DNA of 40,020 bases from a virus, in the UHGV virus genome UHGV-0084069; one strand, written 5' to 3'. Of this stretch, positions 29,240-38,379 are shown one piece after another. The notes under the pieces were generated by a model. It made no database searches and was not told where the DNA came from. It saw nothing but the letters and a program-made list of their open reading frames with translations. The first letter of the stretch is position 1. Each line of letters starts with the position of its first letter. The position numbers and the translations under genes were made by a program.

Positions 29240-30025
29240 TTAAACTACCTGTTTCTTTTTATTGTCTGGAGATTTTTCATACTCCACTTTAGGTGCTGAG
29301 AAATTTAAATCTAGTGTTTGATTATTTGTCTTTCTATTTTTAGGTCTATTGACCAACCTCTCATCAATTAATGCAGCAGAAATATAATCATTAAATACTT
29401 TTATTTCCTGATAAATCTTATCAGCCAAAGCATCTATGCTTTTCCACATAGCGCTATTTTTAGAGGATGTATCTTTAAGCTCCCTATTAATTTCCTGATG
29501 AAATCCCCGTAACTGATTAATAAACTCCGATACTTTCCGCTCTAAAGAAGTTCTTGACTCCAAAATATAATCAATGTGCTCTTCCTTTATTTCCAAATCC
29601 CTAATTAGCTCTTTGTTTTTTTCTAATAGTGCTTCTTCTTTAGCAACAAGTCGTAATATTTTCGTTTCATTAGCTGTCAGTTCAACTAGAGCTCTGTTAA
29701 TTTCATCACGAATTAATAATTCATTGCGCTTAGAAGACGATGATTCATGTTGAATAATTTTTTCAATACAGTAATCTTTAGCTTGTTTTATTTCGCAGCA
29801 TATACCCTTCCATTTATCCCTCTCTAATCTAATTTTTCCCTGCAACTCCTTATTATTTTCTCTTTTTGTAATAAAAGATGAAAACCATAAAGAAAAGACG
29901 GCAACTGAAGGATACACCCACTGAGCAATATCGTCAGACGCTTGATAATAGTGCAATATTCTACTGGCACCAAGAGTTAATGCACCTGTCAATATGAATT
30001 GAAATGCCCCCATGAAACTTATCAT
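29240..30025 (-). CDS. hypothetical membrane-anchored coiled-coil protein (cargo gene B)
   Basis: 261 aa; two N-terminal hydrophobic helices (FMGAFQFILTGALTLGASRIL; VYPSVAVFSLWFSSFIT) then a long K/E-rich heptad-like region; markedly AT-rich; 6 nt downstream of gene A. Confidence 0.7.
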   Translation of the reverse strand: MISFMGAFQFILTGALTLGASRILHYYQASDDIAQWVYPSVAVFSLWFSSFITKRENNKELQGKIRLERDKWKGICCEIKQAKDYCIEKIIQHESSSSKRNELLIRDEINRALVELTANETKILRLVAKEEALLEKNKELIRDLEIKEEHIDYILESRTSLERKVSEFINQLRGFHQEINRELKDTSSKNSAMWKSIDALADKIYQEIKVFNDYISAALIDERLVNRPKNRKTNNQTLDLNFSAPKVEYEKSPDNKKKQVV

Positions 30026-30031
30026 AATGAT

Positions 30032-30538
30032 TTAATCCCGCATTAGAAGAAAATCATGTTTAATACCTTTTGCTTTCATATGCTCACTGAAACTTACTGG
30101 AGCATTTTCTAAAAATCTCAGATTTGTATAGATCAATTGGTTTAGTAAGGGAGAGGAAAAATCTACAATTGATGGAAGGTAAAACTCAGTACTCAATGAA
30201 ATATTGAGTTCATCATCTACACCTTGACTCAACGAATGAGATTTTATACCAATGGCGTATTTATTGTGCTCATCAATTAAAGATAATATTTCTTCGTTAG
30301 AAAGCTTTTTCTCCAACTGTTCAAAAACAAAACTTATGCTTAGTGAAATACAATAAGCATTTGGTCTTTTAAAAAGGCCATATATAATTTTTAAAGGTTC
30401 ATCATCCTTATCCGATGAGAAATCGAATCCACCAAAAGCATGATAATTATCATCATCAACAAGCTTAAACTTTTCTTCTTCAACATTTATTACACCTTCA
30501 ACATTAGTTAGAAGAGTAAATAAATCGGAATTTTTCAT
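30032..30538 (-). CDS. hypothetical soluble acidic protein (cargo gene A)
   Basis: 168 aa; AAGGAG 7 nt upstream of the ATG; markedly AT-rich; no family recognised. Confidence 0.7.
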   Translation of the reverse strand: MKNSDLFTLLTNVEGVINVEEEKFKLVDDDNYHAFGGFDFSSDKDDEPLKIIYGLFKRPNAYCISLSISFVFEQLEKKLSNEEILSLIDEHNKYAIGIKSHSLSQGVDDELNISLSTEFYLPSIVDFSSPLLNQLIYTNLRFLENAPVSFSEHMKAKGIKHDFLLMRD

Positions 30539-30896
30539 TTAGTACTCCTTACAGTATCTACTTTAATATCATTTTACCGTTTAATATTACATCTTGCACT
30601 AAAAACAAGTAGTCTACAGTATGCCACCCGCAGCCTCTTTATGATTACTTATTGTCCATATTCCTGAAATTTCCCTTTGGTGCAATTGCATACCATTCCA
30701 GCCTCTTCCTCCAGTGCCACCATCCAGTATGTCACTGCATACCTACCGTTGATTATGCACATCAAGTTCTGTTCACTCTACAGCGCCACTACATTTTTCA
30801 TAACACTCTTAACAGGCATATCATATGTATGAGCAACGTCTTAGCAACTGAATGTACTATTTGTCACAATGTAATGAATAATTGCCTCTTTGTCCG

Positions 30897-31598
30897 TCAT
30901 ACACTTGCTCCTTTCAGTCCGAACTTAGCTTTAATTTCTGCGATCTTCGCAAGAGCCTGTGCACGATTTAGAGGTCTACCGCCCATGACAGGAAGTTGTT
31001 TTACTGGTTCAGGTATAGCCTCACCACGGTTAATTCGCGCTGTCATACAGGTCAGTTCATCGGCAGCCTTGCGCCGTAATTCCGCGTCAGTCAGCGCATT
31101 GGCCCGCATGTTCTGGTACAAGTTGGTAACCAACCAGTAATGCGCGTTCGATTTCCACGGATAAGACTCCGCATCCGGATACAGGCCACGCTTCCGGCAA
31201 TACTCGTAAACCATATCAACCAGCTCGCTGACGTTTGGCAGCCCGGCGTTAACAGATGCTTCTTCCCGGCACCAGGCGACAAACTGCCCGGGTGATGGCA
31301 GGAATGGTCGATTCTGCCGACGGGCTACGCGCATTCCAGCGTTAACCTGTTCCATTGTGGTGATCCCGTTTTCCCGGAAAGCCAGAACCCACTGGCGGCG
31401 GATTTCGTTCAGTTCATTCTGGTCACGGTTAGCCAGGCTCGCCGGGAAAGTTGCCAGTAACTGGCTGAACACACCGTTGATGATCTGCGCTACCTGCTGT
31501 ACCTGTGGCTTTTCGTCGTACTGTTCCGGCATGTTGTTGGCGATCCGACGCATCTGCTCACGGTCAAAGTTAACCATCTGTGCGGCGATGTTTTTCAT
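30897..31598 (-). CDS. P: replication protein P (lambda P-like DnaB helicase loader)
   Basis: 233 aa, MKNIAAQMVNFDREQMRRIANNMPEQYDEKPQVQQ..., near-identical to recalled lambda P. Confidence 0.9.
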   Translation of the reverse strand: MKNIAAQMVNFDREQMRRIANNMPEQYDEKPQVQQVAQIINGVFSQLLATFPASLANRDQNELNEIRRQWVLAFRENGITTMEQVNAGMRVARRQNRPFLPSPGQFVAWCREEASVNAGLPNVSELVDMVYEYCRKRGLYPDAESYPWKSNAHYWLVTNLYQNMRANALTDAELRRKAADELTCMTARINRGEAIPEPVKQLPVMGGRPLNRAQALAKIAEIKAKFGLKGASV

Positions 31599-32614
31599 AA
31601 ATCCACCCCGTAAATCCAGTCAGTGTTTGTCAGGTCGAGTTTTGGTTTGCTGGCTATCATGCCTGCCTGTTGCTTGTTACGGTTGATTTCGAGCTGGGTC
31701 CACTTGTCGCGGAGTTTGGCCGGACTCAGCACGTTACCGGACCAGAAGTTGTCCTGGCATGCCCAGCGGAACAGTACACACATGTCGCGGTGGTTACGTC
31801 CGTCACGTTCACGCATCAGGCGGATATCGTTAGCCCACCCTGCAAAATTCGGTTTTCTGGCTGATGGCGCGATGGTCTTCACCATGTCAAACATCCACTC
31901 TGCGGCGGTCAGGTCTTCTGCTGTCCCCCACTTGCTGCCGCTCTGAATTGCAGCATCCGGTTTCACCACAGGAAGATCGTTTTCTGGCTGGTCAGAGGAT
32001 TCGCCAAAATTCTCGGACGAAAAAGGTTTTATATTGTCTTTTGTTAGTTTGTCTTTTGTGTTTACCTGATTCGGGTAAACGTCTTTACCTGATTTGGGTA
32101 AACTTTTCTTACCTGATTCAGGTAAATTTACCTCTTTCAGGTAAACTTTATTTTTCTTACCTGATTCGGGTAATGTTGACCATTCACTGACCACATTATT
32201 AATGCCGATATTCCGCCCGCTCTGAATAAAAATCCCACGCTTTACCAGAACACTTTTTGCAGCAGAACACTTGTGCGGCAATATCCCGGTCAACTCGGAA
32301 AGTTGCTCGTTGCTCACCCAATCCAGTTTTTTATTAAAGCCATATGTTTTGCGCATGACAGCCAGGAAGACCAGAAGCTGGTGCTGTGTTAATCCGGCCA
32401 GCATCACAGCTTCCAGCAACTCATTTGCAATGCGCGTATAACCATCATCGAGATCTGCCACGCGCGGCTCCTTTTGTGCCACATCCGGCACTGGAAAATT
32501 GAATATCTCAGCAGTGTTTGCCATAATTCCTCCCGCAATGAGTGTGTTACGGTTTGCACCTGAAAGTCGGTTCTGTTCCAGCAGACCGGCTTTCGCCATT
32601 TCTGAACCTGTCAT
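31595..32614 (-). CDS. O: replication initiator O (lambda O-like) containing the origin iterons
   Basis: 339 aa; N-terminal DNA-binding domain, internal LPESGKK repeats encoded by the iterons, C-terminal P-interaction region; upstream of P. Confidence 0.85.
   Translation of the reverse strand: MTGSEMAKAGLLEQNRLSGANRNTLIAGGIMANTAEIFNFPVPDVAQKEPRVADLDDGYTRIANELLEAVMLAGLTQHQLLVFLAVMRKTYGFNKKLDWVSNEQLSELTGILPHKCSAAKSVLVKRGIFIQSGRNIGINNVVSEWSTLPESGKKNKVYLKEVNLPESGKKSLPKSGKDVYPNQVNTKDKLTKDNIKPFSSENFGESSDQPENDLPVVKPDAAIQSGSKWGTAEDLTAAEWMFDMVKTIAPSARKPNFAGWANDIRLMRERDGRNHRDMCVLFRWACQDNFWSGNVLSPAKLRDKWTQLEINRNKQQAGMIASKPKLDLTNTDWIYGVDL
32062..32175. repeat. origin of replication: five 18-19 bp iterons (TTACCTGATTCGGGTAAAC-like) plus AT-rich stretch inside O
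   Basis: Copies start near 32062, 32085, 32109, 32128 (degenerate) and 32157; each is a partial palindrome TTACC...GGTAA. Confidence 0.75.
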
Positions 32615-33150
32615 ATCGCCCCCAGCATGGTAGTAACCATCGCCATCAATGGACCAGCCAGATCTGGGTCCACACGAAACATCGACACAATACCTTCACT
32701 AATTTCCTTCAGTTTCTGGTGGCGTGGTGCGTTGAGAATGACAGCCTGTTTTGCCTCACTGAGTTCCTTTTCCATTTCAGCCAACCTAGCCATGAAGCTA
32801 TCCTGCTCAACCAGGTAACCGCGATATTCCAGCGGTAGTACCGCCAGAATTGCCGGGGTCAGTTCACGCACGTTATTTCGGTATTTTTCAGAATCGAATT
32901 TGTTATCGAGGAAGCGGAACAGCTTCTGGCGTGCACGGCTGACATCATCAGGGAAATCGATGGTGCCGCCGCCCTGCTCCCGATACTCATTCACAATGAG
33001 TGTGGCAACGACATCCTGATTATCTACAGCCGACCAGGCGCGGACGGCATCACGGATCTTTTCGTGGCCTGGCACCTGTTTTGTTTGAGAACGATTTATC
33101 ACCGCAGTCGGGCTAAATCCGCTAGTCTGTTGGTATGTAAGTGGTTGCAT
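32611..33150 (-). CDS. CII-like regulatory protein candidate
   Basis: 179-aa ORF between cro-like and O, the lambda cII position; no motif verified. Confidence 0.4.
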   Translation of the reverse strand: MQPLTYQQTSGFSPTAVINRSQTKQVPGHEKIRDAVRAWSAVDNQDVVATLIVNEYREQGGGTIDFPDDVSRARQKLFRFLDNKFDSEKYRNNVRELTPAILAVLPLEYRGYLVEQDSFMARLAEMEKELSEAKQAVILNAPRHQKLKEISEGIVSMFRVDPDLAGPLMAMVTTMLGAI

Positions 33151-33219
33151 AATTGACTCCTTTAGTTTGAATTGACTGTTAAGTTGATTGCTTATTGTTA
33201 AAGAGCGTGAAATGGAAAT

Positions 33220-33450
33220 TTAAGCTGCGTTCTTTTCGGTGTGTGGAAACAACTTCGGAAGATCCGGGCGAATCTGGTATGCCTTCACTACTCCACCAGT
33301 AGCCGTAACAATGCTGCCGACATGTTCAGGGGATACCTTTGCTTTGTTGTGAAGCCACTTATAGATGGCCTGCTGTGAAACTTCGCAAGCAGCGCCCAGT
33401 TTCTTTTGTGAACCAACGATATTGATCGCTGTTTTGATAGCTGGGTTCAT
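33220..33450 (-). CDS. Cro-like HTH transcriptional regulator
   Basis: 76 aa with HTH ...QKKLGAACEVSQQAIYKWL...; divergent from the repressor gene; GGAGG RBS. Confidence 0.65.
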   Translation of the reverse strand: MNPAIKTAINIVGSQKKLGAACEVSQQAIYKWLHNKAKVSPEHVGSIVTATGGVVKAYQIRPDLPKLFPHTEKNAA

Positions 33451-33554
33451 AACAACCTCCGTGGTTAATTTGAATCAAGATTAAAACCATGGTTGTTTTT
33501 AGTCAACAACCATTTTCGTTTGATGGAATAAAACCTTGGTTGTACATTTGGACT
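33451..33554. promoter_or_regulatory. immunity-region divergent promoter/operator region (OR-like)
   Basis: Repeated partial palindromes AAAACCATGGTTGTTTT (~33483-33499) and AAAACCTTGGTTGTAC (~33530-33545) between the cro-like and repressor starts. Confidence 0.5.
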
Positions 33555-34244
33555 ATGAAAACAACACTCTCAGAAAGACTTAAAGAAGCCAGATTAGCGC
33601 GAGGCCTTACACAAAAGGCGCTTGGGGATTTGGTCGGGGTTAGCCAGGCTGCTATTCAGAAAATCGAAACAGGGAAAGCTAATCAAACAACTAAAATCGT
33701 GGAGATCGCGAACGCTTTGGGTGTGCGCGCAGAATGGTTATCTTCTGGCGTTGGAAATATGTCAGACAGTACAGTGCAACCAATACAATCAACTGTCAGC
33801 CATTCCAAATACTTCAAGATTGACGTTCTTGATATAGAAGTCAGTGCTGGGCCGGGAGTCATCAACCGTGAGTTTGTAGAAGTTCTACGCTCGGTTGAGT
33901 ACTCGTTTGACGATGCTCGTCACATGTTCGATGGTAGGAAGGCGGAAAATATCCGCATCATTAACGTGCGTGGTGACAGCATGTCAGGAACGATCGAACC
34001 AGGTGATCTGCTGTTCGTTGATATCACAGTTAAATCTTTCGACGGTGATGGTATCTATGCGTTTCTGTACGACGACACAGCCCATGTAAAGCGCCTGCAA
34101 ATGATGAAGGATAAGCTGCTGGTCATCTCTGATAACAAAAGCTACTCACCGTGGGACCCGATCGAGAAAGACGAGATGAACCGGGTGTTCATCTTCGGTA
34201 AGGTTATTGGGAGCATGCCGCAGACATATAGGAAGCATGGGTAG
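33555..34244 (+). CDS. CI-type prophage repressor (N-terminal HTH, C-terminal S24 LexA-like peptidase domain)
   Basis: MKTTLSERLKEARLARGLTQKALGDLVGVSQAAIQKIE... HTH; C-terminal GDSMSGTIEPGDLLFVD with downstream KR; the track ORF starts upstream at 33489. Confidence 0.8.
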   Translation: MKTTLSERLKEARLARGLTQKALGDLVGVSQAAIQKIETGKANQTTKIVEIANALGVRAEWLSSGVGNMSDSTVQPIQSTVSHSKYFKIDVLDIEVSAGPGVINREFVEVLRSVEYSFDDARHMFDGRKAENIRIINVRGDSMSGTIEPGDLLFVDITVKSFDGDGIYAFLYDDTAHVKRLQMMKDKLLVISDNKSYSPWDPIEKDEMNRVFIFGKVIGSMPQTYRKHG

Positions 34245-34365
34245 TACCAATTAAAAATTATCAACTGGGCATTGTGCTCATTCAGTAAAGAACTAATTCC
34301 TATCTTTGCTCTAGGTAGTAATATTAAGCCACCGCAATAATATCTTTACCTAACGGCGTAAGAAT

Positions 34366-34391
34366 CCCGGTCACCGTGCCGGGTTTTCTTT
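34366..34391 (+). terminator. candidate intrinsic terminator after the repressor gene
   Basis: CCCGG-N8-CCGGG followed by TTTTCTTTT. Confidence 0.35.
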
Positions 34392-34520
34392 TGCCCCCCC
34401 CCTCATCACACACACCGTTAAAAAAACCACCATAACCTCGCTTCAGTTATCGCTATGCGATTCAAGTCACAAAATAAATCCATCCTAAATACAACCAGTT
34501 ATATCTAAAACAACCAATAA

Positions 34521-34565
34521 AACAACTTTTGTTGTTGACGATAAAACAACTGTAGTTTTAAATAA
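34521..34565 (+). promoter_or_regulatory. candidate pL-like promoter with overlapping operators (OL-like)
   Basis: Perfect palindrome AACAACTTTTGTTGTT overlapping -35 TTGACG (34535-40); 17-nt spacer; -10 TTAAAT; second element AAAACAACTGTAGTTTT. Confidence 0.4.
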
Positions 34566-34636
34566 GTTCATCGCAACAACACAACGATACGGCAACTACC
34601 TGATTCACCGTTGCGATGACCGCTTAGATCCGCAGT

Positions 34637-35047
34637 TTGAATTTCAGCAGGCTTCGGGGAGTGCGAGGGGTGAAACGGACGCGTGAACGTCGGTGTGACC
34701 AGCTGAAATTAACTCAACATTTCATACCTCAGTCGCTTCAACGAGGCGGCTTAGTTATGACAACCGGCGGCCATCCACCGCCTGAATACGCGCAGAAGTC
34801 TCTATATGTTCAGCAGCCCAGCTTACGGGCAGGAGTTTTTATGGTTCATCAACATTACGGAACGCAGACCGTTAATCGAGGTGCGGTCATGCCAGGAATG
34901 CTGGTCAAACACAAAGATGGTACCTGGACTGCATCAGCTAATTTACGCGGACGGCTATATCTGCATCGCGGCATCGAGCGCACTTATACCCGTGATTTGC
35001 TCGTGGAAGTTTTTCTCGACGGACGCGGTAACGGCCTGAATCACTAA
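34637..35047 (+). CDS. first gene of the early-left operon; Arg-rich N-terminus, possible N-like antiterminator
   Basis: ORF from TTG 34637; alternative GTG at 34673 preceded by GGAG would give an N-terminus MKRTRERRCDQLKL resembling the lambda N arginine-rich motif; an internal ATG (MTTGG...) is also possible. Confidence 0.4.
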   Translation: MNFSRLRGVRGVKRTRERRCDQLKLTQHFIPQSLQRGGLVMTTGGHPPPEYAQKSLYVQQPSLRAGVFMVHQHYGTQTVNRGAVMPGMLVKHKDGTWTASANLRGRLYLHRGIERTYTRDLLVEVFLDGRGNGLNH

Positions 35048-35123
35048 CCCCCCTTTCCTGTTTTCCTAATCAGCCTGGCATTTCGCGGGCGATATTTTCA
35101 CAGCCATTTTCAGGAGTTCAGCC

Positions 35124-35420
35124 ATGAACGCTTATTACATTCAGGATCGTCTTGAGGCTCAGAGCTGGGCACGTCACTACCAGCAGATCGCCCGTGAAGA
35201 GAAAGAGGCAGAACTGGCAGACGACATGGAAAAAGGTCTTCCACAGCACCTGTTTGAATCACTCTGTATCGATCATTTGCAACGCTGCGGGGCCAGCAAA
35301 AAAGCCATTACCCGTGCGTTTGATGACGATGTTGAGTTTCAGGAGCGCATGGCAGAACACATCCGGTACATGGTTGAAACCATTGCTCACCACCAGTTTG
35401 ATATTGATTCAGAGGTATAA
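35124..35420 (+). CDS. gam: Gam (RecBCD inhibitor), 98-aa short form
   Basis: [54 protein letters not shown]..., near-identical to recalled lambda Gam. Confidence 0.85.
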   Translation: MNAYYIQDRLEAQSWARHYQQIAREEKEAELADDMEKGLPQHLFESLCIDHLQRCGASKKAITRAFDDDVEFQERMAEHIRYMVETIAHHQFDIDSEV

Positions 35421-35425
35421 AACGG

Positions 35426-36211
35426 ATGAGTACAGCACTCGCAACGCTGGCAGGGAAGCTGGCTGAACGTGTCGGCATGGATTCTGTCGACCCACAGGAA
35501 CTGATCACCACTCTTCGCCAGACGGCATTTAAAGGTGATGCCAGCGATGCGCAGTTCATCGCATTGTTGATCGTCGCCAACCAGTACGGCCTTAATCCGT
35601 GGACGAAAGAAATTTACGCCTTCCCTGATAAGCAGAACGGCATTGTTCCGGTGGTGGGCGTTGATGGCTGGTCCCGCATCATCAATGAAAACCAGCAGTT
35701 TGATGGCATGGACTTTGAGCAGGACAATGAATCCTGTACATGCCGGATTTACCGCAAGGACCGTAATCATCCGATCTGCGTTACCGAATGGATGGATGAA
35801 TGCCGCCGCGAACCATTCAAAACCCGCGAAGGCAGAGAAATCACGGGGCCGTGGCAGTCGCATCCCAAACGGATGTTACGGCATAAAGCCATGATTCAGT
35901 GTGCCCGTCTGGCCTTCGGATTTGCTGGTATCTATGACAAGGATGAAGCCGAGCGCATTGTCGAAAATACAGCATACACTGCAGAACGTCAGCCAGAACG
36001 CGACATCACTCCGGTTAACGATGAAACCATGCAGGAGATTAACACTCTGCTGATCGCCCTGGATAAAACATGGGATGACGACTTATTGCCGCTCTGTTCC
36101 CAGATATTTCGCCGCGACATTCGCGCATCGTCAGAACTGACACAGGCCGAAGCAGTGAAAGCTCTTGGATTCCTGAAACAGAAAGCCACTGAGCAGAAGG
36201 TGGCAGCATGA
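35426..36211 (+). CDS. bet: Bet (Red-beta single-strand annealing protein)
   Basis: 261 aa, [48 protein letters not shown]..., lambda Bet. Confidence 0.9.
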   Translation: MSTALATLAGKLAERVGMDSVDPQELITTLRQTAFKGDASDAQFIALLIVANQYGLNPWTKEIYAFPDKQNGIVPVVGVDGWSRIINENQQFDGMDFEQDNESCTCRIYRKDRNHPICVTEWMDECRREPFKTREGREITGPWQSHPKRMLRHKAMIQCARLAFGFAGIYDKDEAERIVENTAYTAERQPERDITPVNDETMQEINTLLIALDKTWDDDLLPLCSQIFRRDIRASSELTQAEAVKALGFLKQKATEQKVAA

Positions 36212-36888
36212 CACCGGACATTATCCTGCAGCGTACCGGGATCGACGTGAGAGCTGTCGAACAGGGGGATGATGCATGGCACAAATTACGGCTCGGCGTC
36301 ATCACCGCTTCAGAAGTTCACAACGTGATAGCAAAGCCCCGATCAGGAAAGAAGTGGCCTGACATGAAAATGTCCTACTTCCACACCCTGCTGGCTGAGG
36401 TTTGCACCGGTGTGGCTCCGGAAGTTAACGCTAAAGCGCTGGCCTGGGGAAAACAGTACGAGAACGACGCCAGAACCGTGTTTGAGTTCACTTCCGGCGT
36501 AAATGTTATTGAATCCCCGATCATCTATCGCGACGAAAGTATGCGCACCGCCTGCTCTCCCGATGGTTTATGCAGTGACGGCAATGGCCTTGAGCTGAAA
36601 TGCCCGTTTACCTCCCGGGATTTCATGAAGTTCCGGCTCGGTGGTTTCGAGGCCATAAAATCGGCTTACATGGCCCAGGTGCAGTACAGCATGTGGGTGA
36701 CACGAAAAGATGCCTGGTACTTTGCCAACTATGACCCGCGGATGAAGCGTGAAGGACTGCATTATGTCGTGATTGAGCGGAATGAAAAGTACATGGCGAA
36801 TTTTGACGAGATGGTGCCGGAGTTCATCGAAAAAATGGACGTGGCACTGGCTGAAATTGGTTTTGTATTTGGGGAGCAATGGCGATGA
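36208..36888 (+). CDS. exo: Exo (Red-alpha 5'-3' exonuclease)
   Basis: 226 aa, [40 protein letters not shown]..., lambda Exo; ATGA overlap with bet. Confidence 0.9.
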   Translation: MTPDIILQRTGIDVRAVEQGDDAWHKLRLGVITASEVHNVIAKPRSGKKWPDMKMSYFHTLLAEVCTGVAPEVNAKALAWGKQYENDARTVFEFTSGVNVIESPIIYRDESMRTACSPDGLCSDGNGLELKCPFTSRDFMKFRLGGFEAIKSAYMAQVQYSMWVTRKDAWYFANYDPRMKREGLHYVVIERNEKYMANFDEMVPEFIEKMDVALAEIGFVFGEQWR

Positions 36889-37043
36889 AGCATCCTCACG
36901 ATAATATCCGGGTAGGCGCGATCACTTTCGTCTACTCCGTTACAAAGCGAGGCTGGGTATTTCCCGGCCTTTCTGTTATCCGAAATCCGCTGAAAGCCCA
37001 GCGGCTGGCTGAGGAGATAAATAATAAACGGGAGAGTGTATGA
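36885..37043 (+). CDS. small translationally coupled ORF after exo
   Basis: ATGA overlaps at both ends (exo stop and next ATG); [52 protein letters not shown]. Confidence 0.4.
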   Translation: MKHPHDNIRVGAITFVYSVTKRGWVFPGLSVIRNPLKAQRLAEEINNKRESV

Positions 37044-37792
37044 TTCATTTTCACGGTGGTCCAATAACTCCCGATACCTGTGCGTTGAAAGCCTGGAAAG
37101 GCAGACACGCATTCATCAGTTTTGCTAATCCAGCTCAGATTGATCTGGCTTCCGAAGTCACCCAATCATTTGCTCTTGATAATGGTGCATTCACATTCTG
37201 GACAAAAAACAAGGCCATAGACTGGAATGAATATTACAGATTTGTTGAACGCTGGGGTAATCACCCTCGTTTCTCATTCGCGGTTATCCCGGATGTTATC
37301 GGCGGAACCAGTGAAGAGAATGACGCCCTGATTGCGGCATGGCCTCACGGTAAATTTATTGGTGCTCCGGTGTGGCACATGAACGAACCAGATGAGCGAT
37401 TTATTCGTCTGTGCCATGAGTTTCCCCGCGTCTGCATCGGCTCGATGGGGGAATACGATGCAAAACGACCGAGAGCGTGTCGGGCTAAACTACGCGATCT
37501 TATACGTCATGTTGTAGATCAGTACGGCTACCCAATCACCAAGATTCATGGGTTACGGATGTTAAATAAAGACATTTTTACTCATGTACCGCTTTCGTCT
37601 GCAGACAGCACGAACGTCGCAAGAAATATAGGCATCGACAAATCCTGGGTAGGTTCGCCATATGCTCCCGCAAGTAAAGAAACCCGTACGCAAGTTCTTG
37701 TGGAACGCATTGAATCATTCAACAGTGCCAGTTCACTTAATTACAACGCTGAACGGGACGTCTTTACCCCTCAACTGGCATTCGAAGTGTGA
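37040..37792 (+). CDS. hypothetical 250-aa protein (early-left cargo); function unknown
   Basis: [33 protein letters not shown]...; contains ...AVIPDVIGG..., loosely reminiscent of the DSGG motif of tRNA-guanine transglycosylase-like enzymes (weak). Confidence 0.6.
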   Translation: MIHFHGGPITPDTCALKAWKGRHAFISFANPAQIDLASEVTQSFALDNGAFTFWTKNKAIDWNEYYRFVERWGNHPRFSFAVIPDVIGGTSEENDALIAAWPHGKFIGAPVWHMNEPDERFIRLCHEFPRVCIGSMGEYDAKRPRACRAKLRDLIRHVVDQYGYPITKIHGLRMLNKDIFTHVPLSSADSTNVARNIGIDKSWVGSPYAPASKETRTQVLVERIESFNSASSLNYNAERDVFTPQLAFEV

Positions 37793-37799
37793 GGCCAAT

Positions 37800-38015
37800 A
37801 TGACAATAGAACATAATAACGCCCTTCGCAGCATTGCCCGTCAGGCTAATTATGAAATCAAAAAAGCCAGACAGCAGTTTCCGGATAAAAACGTCAATGA
37901 CATTTGCCGTAGCGTACTAAAGAAGCACCGCGAAACGGTAACGCTGATGGGATTCACACCGACTCATTTAAGCCTGGTGATCGGCATGTTAAACGGCGTC
38001 TTTAAGGAACGGTGA
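37800..38015 (+). CDS. hypothetical 72-aa protein
   Basis: Internal ATG (MTIEHNNALRSIARQANYEIKKARQQ...) preceded by GAGG; the track ORF 37662.. overlaps the preceding gene. Confidence 0.45.
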   Translation: MTIEHNNALRSIARQANYEIKKARQQFPDKNVNDICRSVLKKHRETVTLMGFTPTHLSLVIGMLNGVFKER

Positions 38016-38113
38016 ACATGAAAAGCAAAATCATCAGGGAGCTACAGGCTCCTTTTTTATTGTTCGCATTCATCCTCAAGCGTATTAACCAACAATTCAG
38101 GGATTAATGGAAG

Positions 38114-38332
38114 ATGGCAGACATCATTGATTCAGCATCAGAAATCGAAGAATTACAGCGCAATACAGCAATAAAAATGCGTCGTCTGAACTACCAGACT
38201 GTATCCGCAACTCATTGTTGTGAGTGTGGCGATCCGATAGATGAGCGAAGACGCCTGGCTGTTCAGGGTTGTCGGACTTGTGCAAGTTGCCAGGAGGAGA
38301 TCGAACTTAAGAACAAACAATGGGGACTGTGA
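38114..38332 (+). CDS. TraR/DksA-family C4 zinc-finger protein
   Basis: 72 aa with CCECGDPIDERRRLAVQGCRTCASC four-Cys motif. Confidence 0.65.
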   Translation: MADIIDSASEIEELQRNTAIKMRRLNYQTVSATHCCECGDPIDERRRLAVQGCRTCASCQEEIELKNKQWGL

Positions 38333-38379
38333 TGGCCTCAAAGCAGCAAATTTCAACATCGTCCAACTGAGGTGTAAAA

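Noticed and set aside
32062-32175. Direct repeats considered as a possible CRISPR array
   Set aside because: Repeats are 18-19 bp with irregular 19-29 bp spacing, lie inside the O coding frame and have the dyad symmetry of ori iterons; no cas genes.
35047-35124. Possibility that gam is a truncated pseudogene lacking a long N-terminal form
   Set aside because: An in-frame stop at ~35067 prevents a longer form, but the 98-aa product corresponds to the active short Gam form and has a normal ATG, so it is called intact.
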